The notes below the pieces were generated by a model, which searched no databases, was not told where the DNA came from, and saw only the letters and a list, made by a program, of their open reading frames with translations. A program made the translations under genes and the position numbers. A stretch of DNA of 32,000 nucleotides from Pseudoalteromonas tetraodonis (GTDB taxonomy: Bacteria > Pseudomonadota > Gammaproteobacteria > Enterobacterales > Alteromonadaceae), in the NCBI RefSeq assembly GCF_002310835.1, contig NZ_CP011041.1, forward strand, positions 330,001-362,000, in the 5' to 3' direction. Positions within the stretch are counted from its first letter, which is position 1. Each line of letters starts with the position of its first letter. Below, piece after piece: positions 19,026 to 28,866 of the stretch.

Positions 19026-20393
19026 ATGACCGCATCTTCACTTAATTCACGAGAAAAACGCGCCGCCGTATCGTTAGCGAGTGTGTTTGCATTTAGAATG
19101 CTCGGCTTGTTTATGCTGATGCCTGTTTTAGCTATTTATGGTCAAGAGCTTGAAGACTTTTCACCTATCTGGATTGGTTTTGCAATTGGTGCGTATGGTT
19201 TAACTCAGGCCGTATTACAAATCCCAATGGGGAGACTTTCCGATAAAATAGGTCGTAAAAAAGTCATAGTCGGTGGTTTGGCGGTGTTTGCTTTAGGTTC
19301 GGTAATTGCCGCTTTGGCAGAGTCTATTCAAATGGTGACGGTAGGGCGCGCATTACAAGGCATGGGAGCTATAGCCAGCGCATTATTAGCGTTTGCATCA
19401 GATTTAAGCCGTGATGAACAGCGCCCCAAAGTTATGGCGGTGATTGGCATGAGCATCGGTATGAGCTTTGCGTTTGCGATGTTATTAGGGCCTATAGTGG
19501 CAGCTTCGTGGGGCATTGCAGGCGTATTTTGGCTAACGGCTATTTTGGCTGTGTGTGGTATTTTTATAGTCACTATGCTCGTTCCCAGTGCAATAAATAA
19601 AGCCCCTAAAGGCGATACGCTTGCCAGTTTTAGTGACATCAAAAAATTGATTAAACACCCACAGCTGGCACGTTTAAATGCAGGCGTATTATTGCTGCAT
19701 CTAACATTAACGACTATTTTTGTAGTATTACCAAGCCAATTAATTAAAGATGGCTTAGTGGCCGAAAACCATTGGCAGCTTTATATTCCGGTTTTATTTT
19801 TGGCGTTTTTTTTAATGGTGCCAGTAATGATAGTGGCGATTAAAAAAGAGAAAGAAAAACAAGCCTTTATTGGTTCTGTTATGGTTTTAATAGTCAGCAT
19901 GTTAAGTATGTCTATGTGGGCAAACAGCGTTGTTGGTATTGCGGTTTGTATGCTGTTATATTTTGTTGCGTTTAACTTTTTAGAAGCCACTATGCCGGCT
20001 CTTGTGTCGCGTATTGCTCCAGCAAGCCAAAAAGGCTCAGCCATGGGGGGGTATTCATCGAGCCAGTTTTTAGGCGCTTTTTTAGGCGGCATGCTTGGCG
20101 GGTATGTAGCACAAACAACTAGTACGCAAGCTGTGTTTGCGGCGGCGGCACTTGTTGGGGTAATATGGCTTATTATTGCGTGGAAAATGCAAGTCCCACC
20201 GAAAAGCAAAGTTATTAGTTTAATGACCCAATTAGATTCTGAAGAGCAGGCACAAACACTGGCTTCTCAGTTAGTTGCTTTACCCGGCGTAATAGAAGCA
20301 ACCGTAGTTCGCGATGAAAGTCGTAGCTACTTAAAGATTAATGATAAAGAATTTGACCTAGACCAAGCCCGAAGAGTGGCTGGTTTAATCTAA
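19026..20393 (+). CDS. MFS transporter, YajR-like, with an extra C-terminal cytoplasmic ferredoxin-fold (YAM/HMA-like) domain
   Basis: It has 12 predicted TM helices and MFS motif A ([11 protein letters not shown]). A ~65-aa soluble C-terminal extension ([42 protein letters not shown]) resembles the E. coli YajR architecture. The overall size is 455 aa. Confidence 0.8.
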   Translation: MTASSLNSREKRAAVSLASVFAFRMLGLFMLMPVLAIYGQELEDFSPIWIGFAIGAYGLTQAVLQIPMGRLSDKIGRKKVIVGGLAVFALGSVIAALAESIQMVTVGRALQGMGAIASALLAFASDLSRDEQRPKVMAVIGMSIGMSFAFAMLLGPIVAASWGIAGVFWLTAILAVCGIFIVTMLVPSAINKAPKGDTLASFSDIKKLIKHPQLARLNAGVLLLHLTLTTIFVVLPSQLIKDGLVAENHWQLYIPVLFLAFFLMVPVMIVAIKKEKEKQAFIGSVMVLIVSMLSMSMWANSVVGIAVCMLLYFVAFNFLEATMPALVSRIAPASQKGSAMGGYSSSQFLGAFLGGMLGGYVAQTTSTQAVFAAAALVGVIWLIIAWKMQVPPKSKVISLMTQLDSEEQAQTLASQLVALPGVIEATVVRDESRSYLKINDKEFDLDQARRVAGLI

Positions 20394-20413
20394 CGTTTAT
20401 AGGAGATGGTTCC

Positions 20414-21079
20414 ATGGCACGCGGTGTGAACAAAGTAATTTTGGTTGGTAATTTAGGGCAAGATCCTGAAGTTCGTTACATGCCTAATGGTAATGGTGTA
20501 GCAAATATTACCTTAGCAACTTCAGATAGCTATAAAGATAAAAACACTGGCCAAATGGTTGATAAAACTGAGTGGCACCGTGTGGTATTTTTTGGCAAGT
20601 TAGCTGAAATTGTGGGTGAATACTGCCGCAAGGGATCACAAATTTACGTAGAAGGTAAACTTCAAACCCGTAAATGGACTGATCAACAAGGCCAAGAAAA
20701 ATACACCACAGAAATCGTTGTCGATGGCTTTACGGGTCAAATGCAAATGCTAGGTGCACGCGGTGGCGATCAACAAAGTGGTGGCTATCAAGGCAACCAA
20801 GGCGGGCAACAAAGCGGTGGTTATGGTCAAAATAACCAAGGCCAAAATAGCCAGCAAGGCAGTTATGCTCCACAGCAGCAATCTGCACCTGCTCAGCAGC
20901 CAGCACCGCAGCAAAACAACCAATACCAGCCACAGCAGCAAGGTGGTTTTGCACCACAACAAAATAGTGCACCACAACAGCAAGGCGGGTTTGCACCTAA
21001 GCCACAAAATGCACCGCAAGGTGGCGCATCAAACCCTATGGAACCAACAATCGACTTTGATGACGATATCCCGTTTTGA
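20414..21079 (+). CDS. ssb: Single-stranded DNA-binding protein with an expanded Gln/Gly/Pro-rich linker
   Basis: The OB-fold N-terminus reads [26 protein letters not shown]...[15 protein letters not shown]. The acidic C-terminal tip is DFDDDIPF. An AGGAG Shine-Dalgarno lies 7 nt upstream of the start. Confidence 0.97.
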   Translation: MARGVNKVILVGNLGQDPEVRYMPNGNGVANITLATSDSYKDKNTGQMVDKTEWHRVVFFGKLAEIVGEYCRKGSQIYVEGKLQTRKWTDQQGQEKYTTEIVVDGFTGQMQMLGARGGDQQSGGYQGNQGGQQSGGYGQNNQGQNSQQGSYAPQQQSAPAQQPAPQQNNQYQPQQQGGFAPQQNSAPQQQGGFAPKPQNAPQGGASNPMEPTIDFDDDIPF

Positions 21080-21116
21080 CCTAAGACAAAAAGCAAAATG
21101 TTTAAAAGTTTTCTAG

Positions 21117-21143
21117 AAAGCCGCTATTAAGCGGCTTTTTTAT
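21117..21143 (+). terminator. Intrinsic terminator after ssb
   Basis: The stem is agccgct/agcggct with an atta loop, an A-rich 5' flank and a following T-tract (ctttttt). Confidence 0.8.
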
Positions 21144-21329
21144 TAAAAAAATGACCGTATTCCATTTCTACAGTTTTTAAATCTGAATAAACACTTCCTA
21201 AAGTAAACATATGAATGTGTAAAAAGCACTGTGATACTGGTGTTTTTATTTTTTAAGCCAAGCCCTCCTTTGTTCAAACTAATATATAAATAATGACAGC
21301 TGTTTAGTTAACTAATTGAAGGCTAAATA

Positions 21330-21347
21330 TAATGTTTATAAACATTA
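21330..21347. promoter_or_regulatory. Perfect 18-bp palindrome upstream of the CsrD-like gene, a candidate dimeric-regulator operator
   Basis: taatgtttataaacatta equals its own reverse complement. It lies ~100 nt upstream of the probable start at 21448, in an AT-rich ~300-bp intergenic region. Confidence 0.35.
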
Positions 21348-21447
21348 AGTACTAACTTTTAAACCTTCGCTAAACTTTTATTGTTGGCTTGTACAATTGC
21401 AAATAGTAGACAACACTTTAATAACTTATTTGATGTGCCGGTGGGTT

Positions 21448-23094
21448 ATGAAAGTCAGTAAATTTCACTTTACCAATTATTCAAATGCTTTGTTTTATGC
21501 TCTGTGTATCGCCTTGCTAGTGATTATTAATAGCGGTTTAAGTTTGGTTTTACAGCATCAAAACGAGCAAGTTGGTTTAAAGCTAGCGAAGCAATTGCAA
21601 CAGCCATTGGCCAATGAAAAACAACTTATTGCAAATACGCCTTTTACGCTCGCGCCTAATAAAAACTCTATTTATATAGAAAAACAAAAACATTATTTTA
21701 GCGCTAACTCAAAAGGAATTTTGCTCTACTCATGGCCAGTTTGGTATAGCTATAGCTATTTGTTTTTAATAATAAACGCGGTTCTTTTGCTCGCTATGCT
21801 TTGTATTCGACGTTTTAAAAAGCCTAAAACAATAAAAAACAGCACAATGACCTCTAAACGTCAGCAGCACTTTAATAATAAGAAAGTACGTTATGCACCC
21901 AAAGTGAGTTCTTTACAGCTCGCTCCCATAGCGACAACTAATGTGCAGGAAGCAATTAAATATAATGTATTTGCACTTATTCAGTGTGAATGCCATTTTG
22001 ATGCAAACACTGACTTACAAGCGACTCTTAAAGTCTTATTGGCAAAAGACTTTATTAATACGACTGAAATATCCGTTAAGTTATTAACTGCAGGCAATTT
22101 CGCTTTTACTCTCAAAGGGATTGATGCAATTGATAAACTCAATTGCGCTAAATATTTACATCAATGCATTGTAAGTGCCGCTCATGTATTGGCGCCAAGA
22201 ACTGCACAGAGGCATGTAAAAGTAGGTTTATGTACTTATTATTCCGAGGCTGATCAGGTTATGGTGTATCAGTTGGCAAAGTCGGCACTTACTCTCTCGC
22301 AGCAAAATCGAGTTAAGCATTATCACCAATTAGCGTTAAATTATGGTCATGTCCAAAAGCTCGATAGACACTCAATATCACAACGAATTAAAAAGCAAAA
22401 ATTAGCTATTTTATTTCAACCAGTATACGAGCTCGATAGCGGCGCTATTATTAAGCATTACGTATCAATTAAAAGTAATGACAGGGGAAATAAACAATTA
22501 CTTAATCAAGAAAGTATCAGTCAATTTTATAGCGAAGGTGAGGCGCTGTTGCACGATCAAGCGGTAGTTATGCAAGTTAAAAAACTATTGCTTATAGATA
22601 AATCATCGTCAGTTATTAGTATTAAGTTACATCCTAAAAACTGGTTTAATAACGAGTTTTGGAGCTGGTTAACTGCTTATATCAATGACTTAAAAAACCA
22701 ACATACACTGCAATTTTCTATAAATGAATCAGAATTCTTAAATAATCAATTACGTTTGCAAGGCGCTTTTGCAGCAATAGCGGCACTAAACTGCAATATT
22801 GTAATTAATGATGTGAGAAACAGTAAAAATATTTTTAAGTTTACGCTTAATAAACAAATATCAGGGCTTAACTTAGCTTCTGAACTTGTCCATGGGATAG
22901 AGCGCAGTAATTCACAACAAAAATACGTTAGGGGGATTGTGCATATAAGTAGATTATTGAGCTTGTCAGTCTTTGCACTTGATGTAGAGACGCCTCAGGA
23001 GCTACAACTTTTAAAAGTAATAGGCATTAGCGGCGCGCAAGGAGGATATTTTTCTAAATTACTCCCCAATTATACTCAAGTCGCATTTCACTAA
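21448..23094 (+). CDS. csrD: Membrane-anchored degenerate GGDEF-EAL protein, CsrD/MshH-like
   Basis: It has two N-terminal TM helices. The central domain follows the GGDEF pattern, but the signature reads AGNFA (nt 22090-22104). The C-terminal domain follows the EAL pattern (ILFQPVYELDSG...; ...ALDVETPQELQLLKVIGISGAQGGYFSKLLP), but EAL is replaced by YVS (nt 22459-22467). It lies downstream of ssb and upstream of mreB, as csrD does in E. coli and mshH in V. cholerae. The start is uncertain: ATG 21448 is preferred, ATG 21433 and TTG 21397 are also in frame. Confidence 0.65.
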   Translation: MKVSKFHFTNYSNALFYALCIALLVIINSGLSLVLQHQNEQVGLKLAKQLQQPLANEKQLIANTPFTLAPNKNSIYIEKQKHYFSANSKGILLYSWPVWYSYSYLFLIINAVLLLAMLCIRRFKKPKTIKNSTMTSKRQQHFNNKKVRYAPKVSSLQLAPIATTNVQEAIKYNVFALIQCECHFDANTDLQATLKVLLAKDFINTTEISVKLLTAGNFAFTLKGIDAIDKLNCAKYLHQCIVSAAHVLAPRTAQRHVKVGLCTYYSEADQVMVYQLAKSALTLSQQNRVKHYHQLALNYGHVQKLDRHSISQRIKKQKLAILFQPVYELDSGAIIKHYVSIKSNDRGNKQLLNQESISQFYSEGEALLHDQAVVMQVKKLLLIDKSSSVISIKLHPKNWFNNEFWSWLTAYINDLKNQHTLQFSINESEFLNNQLRLQGAFAAIAALNCNIVINDVRNSKNIFKFTLNKQISGLNLASELVHGIERSNSQQKYVRGIVHISRLLSLSVFALDVETPQELQLLKVIGISGAQGGYFSKLLPNYTQVAFH

Positions 23095-23123
23095 TGCTAA
23101 GCAATTAACAAGTTAAATATACT

Positions 23124-24032
23124 CTACACTAATTTGCGATATTTTAGCCCTTCTAAACCTTGCAACCCACCAGTATGTATTGCAATAATTTTGCTGTTAG
23201 GGGCAAAGTAATCATTATTGATGAGCTGCCAAAGTGCGTACATCATTTTACCACTGTAAATAGGCTCCAAGGGTAATTGATGTTGATGCTGCATGTGTTG
23301 GCAAAACTGCCATAACTCAGCTGTAAAACGACCATATCCACCACCGTGAAATTGCGTAAGTAGTTGCCAGTTATTTTGTGATTTTGCTTTAGGGCTAAGA
23401 GCGCGTATTTCGTCCCGCAGGTAGTCGGCTTGCTTTAAAACAGCAATCCCTAGTAGGTTGATTTTATTTGAGCTGCCCTCTATCAATCCAGCCAAGGTGC
23501 CGCCACTGCCAGTTGGACAGACTAAGTAGTCGTGCTCAGGTAAACTCTGAGCAAGCTCTTTACATCCCTCTATAGCAAACTCGTTAGTGCCTCCTTCAGG
23601 TAGAATGTATGCGTTTGGAAAGCGTGCCTGTAATGCGGCTAAATAGGCTTCATCATGTCGTTGTTTGTACTCTATACGATTGACTGCATGTAACTGCATA
23701 CCACATTGCTGTGCAAATTTTAGAGTAGGATTATTTAGATCAAGCTGTGGGCCGCGCACAATTGCGTGGGTTGTTAAGTTAAACTCTTTACCAGCAGCGG
23801 CGCACGCATGAATGTGATTTGAAAAAGCACCACCAAATGTAAGTAATTCAGATTTACCCAGTTGTTGCATACGAACTAAATTGTATTTGAGCTTTCGCCA
23901 TTTATTACCGCTGATAAGTGGATGCAATAAATCATCGCGCTTAATAGTTAAAGTTATTTTCTTGTCTGTTAGTAATTCACTGGTAATTGTTTGTAAATAG
24001 CTATGTTCATTAATACTGAATGGTATTGGCAT
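23124..24032 (-). CDS. PLP-dependent D-cysteine desulfhydrase / 1-aminocyclopropane-1-carboxylate deaminase family enzyme
   Basis: The 302-aa protein has a PLP-lysine motif SGNKWRKLKYNL (compare GGNKxRKLE), with GGAFSNH and PTGSGGTLAGL segments typical of the fold-type II ACC deaminase/DcyD family. Confidence 0.8.
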   Translation of the reverse strand: MPIPFSINEHSYLQTITSELLTDKKITLTIKRDDLLHPLISGNKWRKLKYNLVRMQQLGKSELLTFGGAFSNHIHACAAAGKEFNLTTHAIVRGPQLDLNNPTLKFAQQCGMQLHAVNRIEYKQRHDEAYLAALQARFPNAYILPEGGTNEFAIEGCKELAQSLPEHDYLVCPTGSGGTLAGLIEGSSNKINLLGIAVLKQADYLRDEIRALSPKAKSQNNWQLLTQFHGGGYGRFTAELWQFCQHMQHQHQLPLEPIYSGKMMYALWQLINNDYFAPNSKIIAIHTGGLQGLEGLKYRKLV

Positions 24033-24367
24033 TATCGCTCTTTTTCATTAGTTACATGATGAATGTGCTGTGTAATAGCGTTATTTTGACTCAGTTTTTA
24101 TTACTTAAGCAAACTAAAAAATATGAATACGCGGCTAAATTGGCATCTTAATAGCGTAAAATGCAGATAAATCTCGGTGTTGTTAAATAAATTAGCTATT
24201 TAGTACAAATGAAACGGTTATTTACTGGCATGAAACGGGATAATAGTTGTAAACTGAGATAATAAATGAACAAAGCTTGTGTTTTGTGCTTCAAGTACAT
24301 AGCATAAGGTTTTATTATAAAAAATAATAATAACCAAATAATTGCCGCTTTTTTGGGACTGGAATAT

Positions 24368-26374
24368 ATGCGAATTGCTCCTTTATCTCTGTTAATTTCT
24401 GCTAGCTTTTTTGCAAGCACAGTATTTGCACAAGATACAACTACTGTAAACAGAATTGAATCAGAGATTAATACGAAACAAACAGAATACACTCGTTCAA
24501 CGACGATGCTCGACAAATATTTAAAAGAAGAGAACCAACTTCAAACACAACTTGAATTGCTGAGAACGCGTTCCACACAGCTTGATAAAGAAAAAAACCA
24601 AGCGTTGGAGGCGATGAATGATATGTATCGGCGTTTAATTGATAATCCGTCGCTAGACATTACCTCTGCACAATCGCGTTATCAAAAAGCCGTTGTTGAT
24701 CAAGAACAAAATAAAAATGATATTTCTATGCAATTGGCGGCAATTGCATCCCATCTAAAAGATATTGAGCAAATTCGCGCTGATAAACATGCACTTCAAA
24801 ACACGATTGAAAGCTTAAAAGTGCAATATACTACGGCGCGTGTAGAGCGATTACGCAATGAATTTACCCGAGAGGGTACGCTTGAAGTTGACCATACCAT
24901 TAACTGTAAGCGCACTGAAACACTGGCGGCATGTGAGCAGAGCGGTCAGCAAATAGGGCTGAAAAAGGCAACTAAACGTTTTTTAGATCAAATATTTGAA
25001 AATCTTACAGAAAAACGTCTTGTTGAACCTAAGCGAGACATGGCTGGGGCACAAGTACAAATTTTAAGTAGTCACGTGATTAAGAGCGCATTTAGCGGGC
25101 AAGGTGATTACAACGTCAATTTAAGCGTTACTATGCGCGGAGATGTAAACAGCAGTCGTTTATGTCACTTACTTAGTGTGAATAATAGTTTTTGTTTAGA
25201 GTATGGTACCCCGCTGGCAAATACTTATCAGCCAGCTTATAGCACTACTTTCTCTGATAGTCAGTTAACATTCAGCGATAATGGGGATAATAAAGCCGCT
25301 GCCGTTGTCGCTAAAACAGTTAATAAAAAGCCTAAAGTGGTCGCTGAGAACAAGAAAGATCAATTAGTTCAGTTAACCTTACGCTCTAATGTACACGGCG
25401 ATGAAGTATTTATTAATGATATTCGAGTAGGTTCTACTCGTTTGGTGACGAACTTACCACGTGGTTTGCATAAATTAGAAATACGCAAAGAGGGTTACAT
25501 CCCTTATAAAGCGCGAATTGACTTAAAGAAAACGCGAACGCTTTTTGCTCAGTTGGAAAAAAAGTCAGAGTCGATTGCTGCACCGACTAAAAAGCGAGAG
25601 CAAATAATACAAGCAGATTGCCCAAAAGGAATGGAAGTTGATACACGCCCACCTATGGTGGACCCATCAGCAGTGATGATCCCCGTTGGCAAATTTAAAA
25701 TGGGTGATATAAACGGCAATGGGCTTGAAAATGAACGCCCCGTGGTTGAAAAAACGATTAGTGAATCTTTTGCTATGCAGAGCAAAGAAGTGACTGTTGG
25801 CGCATTTGAAGCGTTTGTAAACGAAACGCAATATAAAACCGAAGCTGAAAAAGGCAAAGGTTGCGCATATTACCTCAACGGCGAACCTGTTTGGGAAGCA
25901 AGCTTAAATTGGCGTGCTCCAGGATTTGAGCAAACCAATGAGTTTCCTGCTGTGTGTTTGACAAAAAATGATGCTATTGCTTACGCTGAATGGTTTTCTG
26001 ATAAAACAGCGCAAACGTATCGTTTACCTACTGAGGTTGAGTGGGAATATGCGGCGCGTGCAGGCACTGAGACAGAGTACCCATGGGGTAACGAAATTGG
26101 TAAAAACCTAGCTAACTGTGGTTGGTGTGGTAGCGAGTGGTCGAATAAACGCACGGCTCCCGTTGGATCTTTTTCTGCAAATGCATTTGGCTTATACGAT
26201 ACTGTAGGCAATGTATGGGAATGGACTAGTAGCACAGGGAATAAAAAAGATGCCGTTGTTCGCGGAGGTGCATGGAATTTTGCCCCTAGCCTTGCTCGTG
26301 CATCAACGCGTTTAATTTTAGCGCCAGATTTTAGAGCTAATTATATTGGCTTTCGCTTAATGAGCGAACGATAA
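24368..26374 (+). CDS. Secreted multidomain protein: signal peptide, long coiled-coil, PEGA domain, C-terminal FGE-sulfatase (SUMF1/EgtB/PvdO) fold domain
   Basis: The signal peptide is MRIAPLSLLISASFFASTVFA/QD. A ~200-aa heptad-rich region follows. The PEGA-like segment is LTLRSNVHGDEVFINDIRVGSTR...LHKLEIRKEGYIPYKARIDL. FGE-fold motifs are YRLPTEVEWEYAARAG, GLYDTVGNVWEWT and VRGGAW. The ATG at 24368 is preferred to the in-frame TTG at 24353. Confidence 0.8.
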   Translation: MRIAPLSLLISASFFASTVFAQDTTTVNRIESEINTKQTEYTRSTTMLDKYLKEENQLQTQLELLRTRSTQLDKEKNQALEAMNDMYRRLIDNPSLDITSAQSRYQKAVVDQEQNKNDISMQLAAIASHLKDIEQIRADKHALQNTIESLKVQYTTARVERLRNEFTREGTLEVDHTINCKRTETLAACEQSGQQIGLKKATKRFLDQIFENLTEKRLVEPKRDMAGAQVQILSSHVIKSAFSGQGDYNVNLSVTMRGDVNSSRLCHLLSVNNSFCLEYGTPLANTYQPAYSTTFSDSQLTFSDNGDNKAAAVVAKTVNKKPKVVAENKKDQLVQLTLRSNVHGDEVFINDIRVGSTRLVTNLPRGLHKLEIRKEGYIPYKARIDLKKTRTLFAQLEKKSESIAAPTKKREQIIQADCPKGMEVDTRPPMVDPSAVMIPVGKFKMGDINGNGLENERPVVEKTISESFAMQSKEVTVGAFEAFVNETQYKTEAEKGKGCAYYLNGEPVWEASLNWRAPGFEQTNEFPAVCLTKNDAIAYAEWFSDKTAQTYRLPTEVEWEYAARAGTETEYPWGNEIGKNLANCGWCGSEWSNKRTAPVGSFSANAFGLYDTVGNVWEWTSSTGNKKDAVVRGGAWNFAPSLARASTRLILAPDFRANYIGFRLMSER

Positions 26375-26382
26375 TATTTAAT

Positions 26383-26406
26383 GGGGAAGCGGTGCTTCCT
26401 CTTTTT
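26383..26406 (+). terminator. Intrinsic terminator after the PEGA-FGE gene
   Basis: The stem is ggggaagc/gcttcctc (core ggaagc/gcttcc) with a ggt loop, followed by TTTTT. Confidence 0.7.
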
Positions 26407-26460
26407 AATGATTACAAAGACGGCTGCGCTTTACATTGCTCATTGTGTTGAGAATGTTAA

Positions 26461-27551
<1,091 letters not shown>

Positions 27552-27552
<1 letters not shown>

Positions 27553-28394
27553 TGAAATCAATGTTTGAAAAAACGGTTTCTTTGCAACTGCGACTTTTTG
27601 TCGCAGTGCTTTTGAGTATCGTATTGATCCTTGGAGACAAGTACACGCAAGGTGGCGAGAACATTCGTACTAGTTTGAATACGTTGGTCAGTCCACTTAT
27701 TTATGTTGCTAACCTACCTTACGAAGTATTTAGCTTTAGCGCCAAAAGTTTGCATACCCGTGAGCAGTTACTAACCGAAAACGAAGCACTCAAAAAGAAG
27801 CAAGTATTGCAAAGTGAGCAAATCCAGCAGTATGAGTTTTTAGCAAAAGAGAATCAAAAACTTCGTGCATTACTTGGCTCTTCCTCTAAACACACCAATC
27901 GTAAAATTATTGCTCAAGTACTTTCTGTTCATTCAAATCCTTATAGTCACCAAGTGGTGATAAATCGGGGAACCACCGATGGTTTAAGCGAAAGCCAAGC
28001 GGTGATTGATGATATGGGGTTAGTCGGGCAGTTGACTAAAGTTGGTTCAACAACCTCGCGGGTGCTGTTAATTACAGATACCACCCATGCAACACCGGTG
28101 CGTATATTACGAAACGATGTGCGCACAGTGGTTGAAGGTATCGGTAAAATTAACGTGCTAAAGCTATCACATGTGCCGCATAGCTTAGATGTTCGTATTG
28201 GTGATGTGCTGGTGACCTCTGGCCTAGGTGGTACCTTTCCTGAAGGTTATCCGGTTGCTGTGATCACCGAAATAACTCGTGATGAAGGCCAACCTTTTGC
28301 GCAAGTATTTGCTGAGCCGATAGCTCAATTAGATCGAATTCGGTTATTAGTGGTGTTATGGCTAAATCAGCAGGAGTTGATGGGTGATGATTAA
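27552..28394 (+). CDS. mreC: Rod-shape-determining protein MreC
   Basis: It has an N-terminal TM helix, a coiled-coil (ENEALKKKQVLQSE...ENQKLRALL) and beta domains (VIDDMGLVGQLTKV, VTSGLGGTFPEGYPVAVI). It overlaps the mreB stop (TAATG). Confidence 0.95.
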
Positions 28395-28866
28395 CCGTCA
28401 TATGCTCTTAATCGCATTAAGTATTTTCTTTGCATTAGTAATGGCGCTAATGCCGTTACCTTTTTCACTTGAACCATTTCGTCCTGATTGGGTGCTGTTG
28501 GTGCTTATGTACTGGTCTTTGGCTTTACCGCATCGACTAAATATAGGGACTGCTTGGGTTGTTGGGTTATTAATTGACTTAGCAACAGGCTCCTCATTGG
28601 GTGTTAATTCCTTAACTTATTCAGTGTGTATTTTTGTTACTGCAAGTAACTTCCAAAAAATTCGCAATTTTTCATTGTGGCAACAAAGCCTACTTATAGG
28701 CTTGTTCTTAACGCTTTACCACTTAATGCAGTTTTGGTTAAATCACTTTTTACTTGGCGTTTATTTTAGCCCATATTACTTATGGCCTGTATTAACAGGC
28801 ATGTTGAGCTGGATATGGGTATTTTTATTACTTCGAAAATACCGTAGACATTTTAGGATCAGATAA
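28384..28866 (+). CDS. mreD: Rod-shape-determining protein MreD
   Basis: The 160-aa protein is very hydrophobic and polytopic, lies after mreC and overlaps the mreC stop. The start is GTG 28384 or ATG 28387. Confidence 0.9.
   Translation: MMINRHMLLIALSIFFALVMALMPLPFSLEPFRPDWVLLVLMYWSLALPHRLNIGTAWVVGLLIDLATGSSLGVNSLTYSVCIFVTASNFQKIRNFSLWQQSLLIGLFLTLYHLMQFWLNHFLLGVYFSPYYLWPVLTGMLSWIWVFLLLRKYRRHFRIR

Noticed and set aside
1604-20209. Numerous ORFs of 60-142 aa are embedded in or antisense to pilQ, aroK, damX, trpS, the 130-aa gene, the 353-aa gene, uvrA and the MFS gene. Examples are 1604-1834, 2894-3121, 4036-4218, 4115-4507, 4204-4434, 6148-6330, 10041-10265, 12257-12451, 15250-15474, 15880-16182, 16612-16809, 16908-17096, 17317-17571, 18082-18264, 18141-18344, 19328-19642 and 19781-20209. 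Similar ORFs lie further on inside the FGE gene, mreB and rng (25549-25857, 25981-26235, 26954-27136, 27108-27500, 29865-30053, 30026-30256).
   Set aside because: Each lies entirely within a longer ORF that has clear family motifs. They have no ribosome-binding sites that I could see, and their compositions (Ser/Arg/Cys-rich) are typical of off-frame translation.
20730-21116. Four additional ORFs of 67-120 aa lie on both strands within and over the ssb linker region.
   Set aside because: They are produced by the CAA/CAG/GGN repeat structure of the ssb disordered linker. Their translations are low-complexity (Leu/Cys/Trp or Lys/His runs) and lie wholly inside a highly confident gene.
333-24367. 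Several ORF-track entries imply longer N-terminal extensions: pilO from GTG 333, the small secreted protein from ATG 12447, the csrD-like gene from TTG 21397 and the PEGA-FGE gene from TTG 24353.
   Set aside because: Downstream ATG codons give canonical signal peptides or TM starts and/or better-placed Shine-Dalgarno sequences. The extensions add non-hydrophobic or odd residues ahead of signal peptides. The longer starts are not excluded, only less likely.
24196-24516. A 106-aa minus-strand ORF spans the promoter and 5' end of the PEGA-FGE gene.
   Set aside because: It overlaps the well-supported plus-strand signal-peptide coding region and AT-rich intergenic DNA. It has no Shine-Dalgarno sequence and its hydrophobic, low-complexity translation is typical of an antisense artefact.
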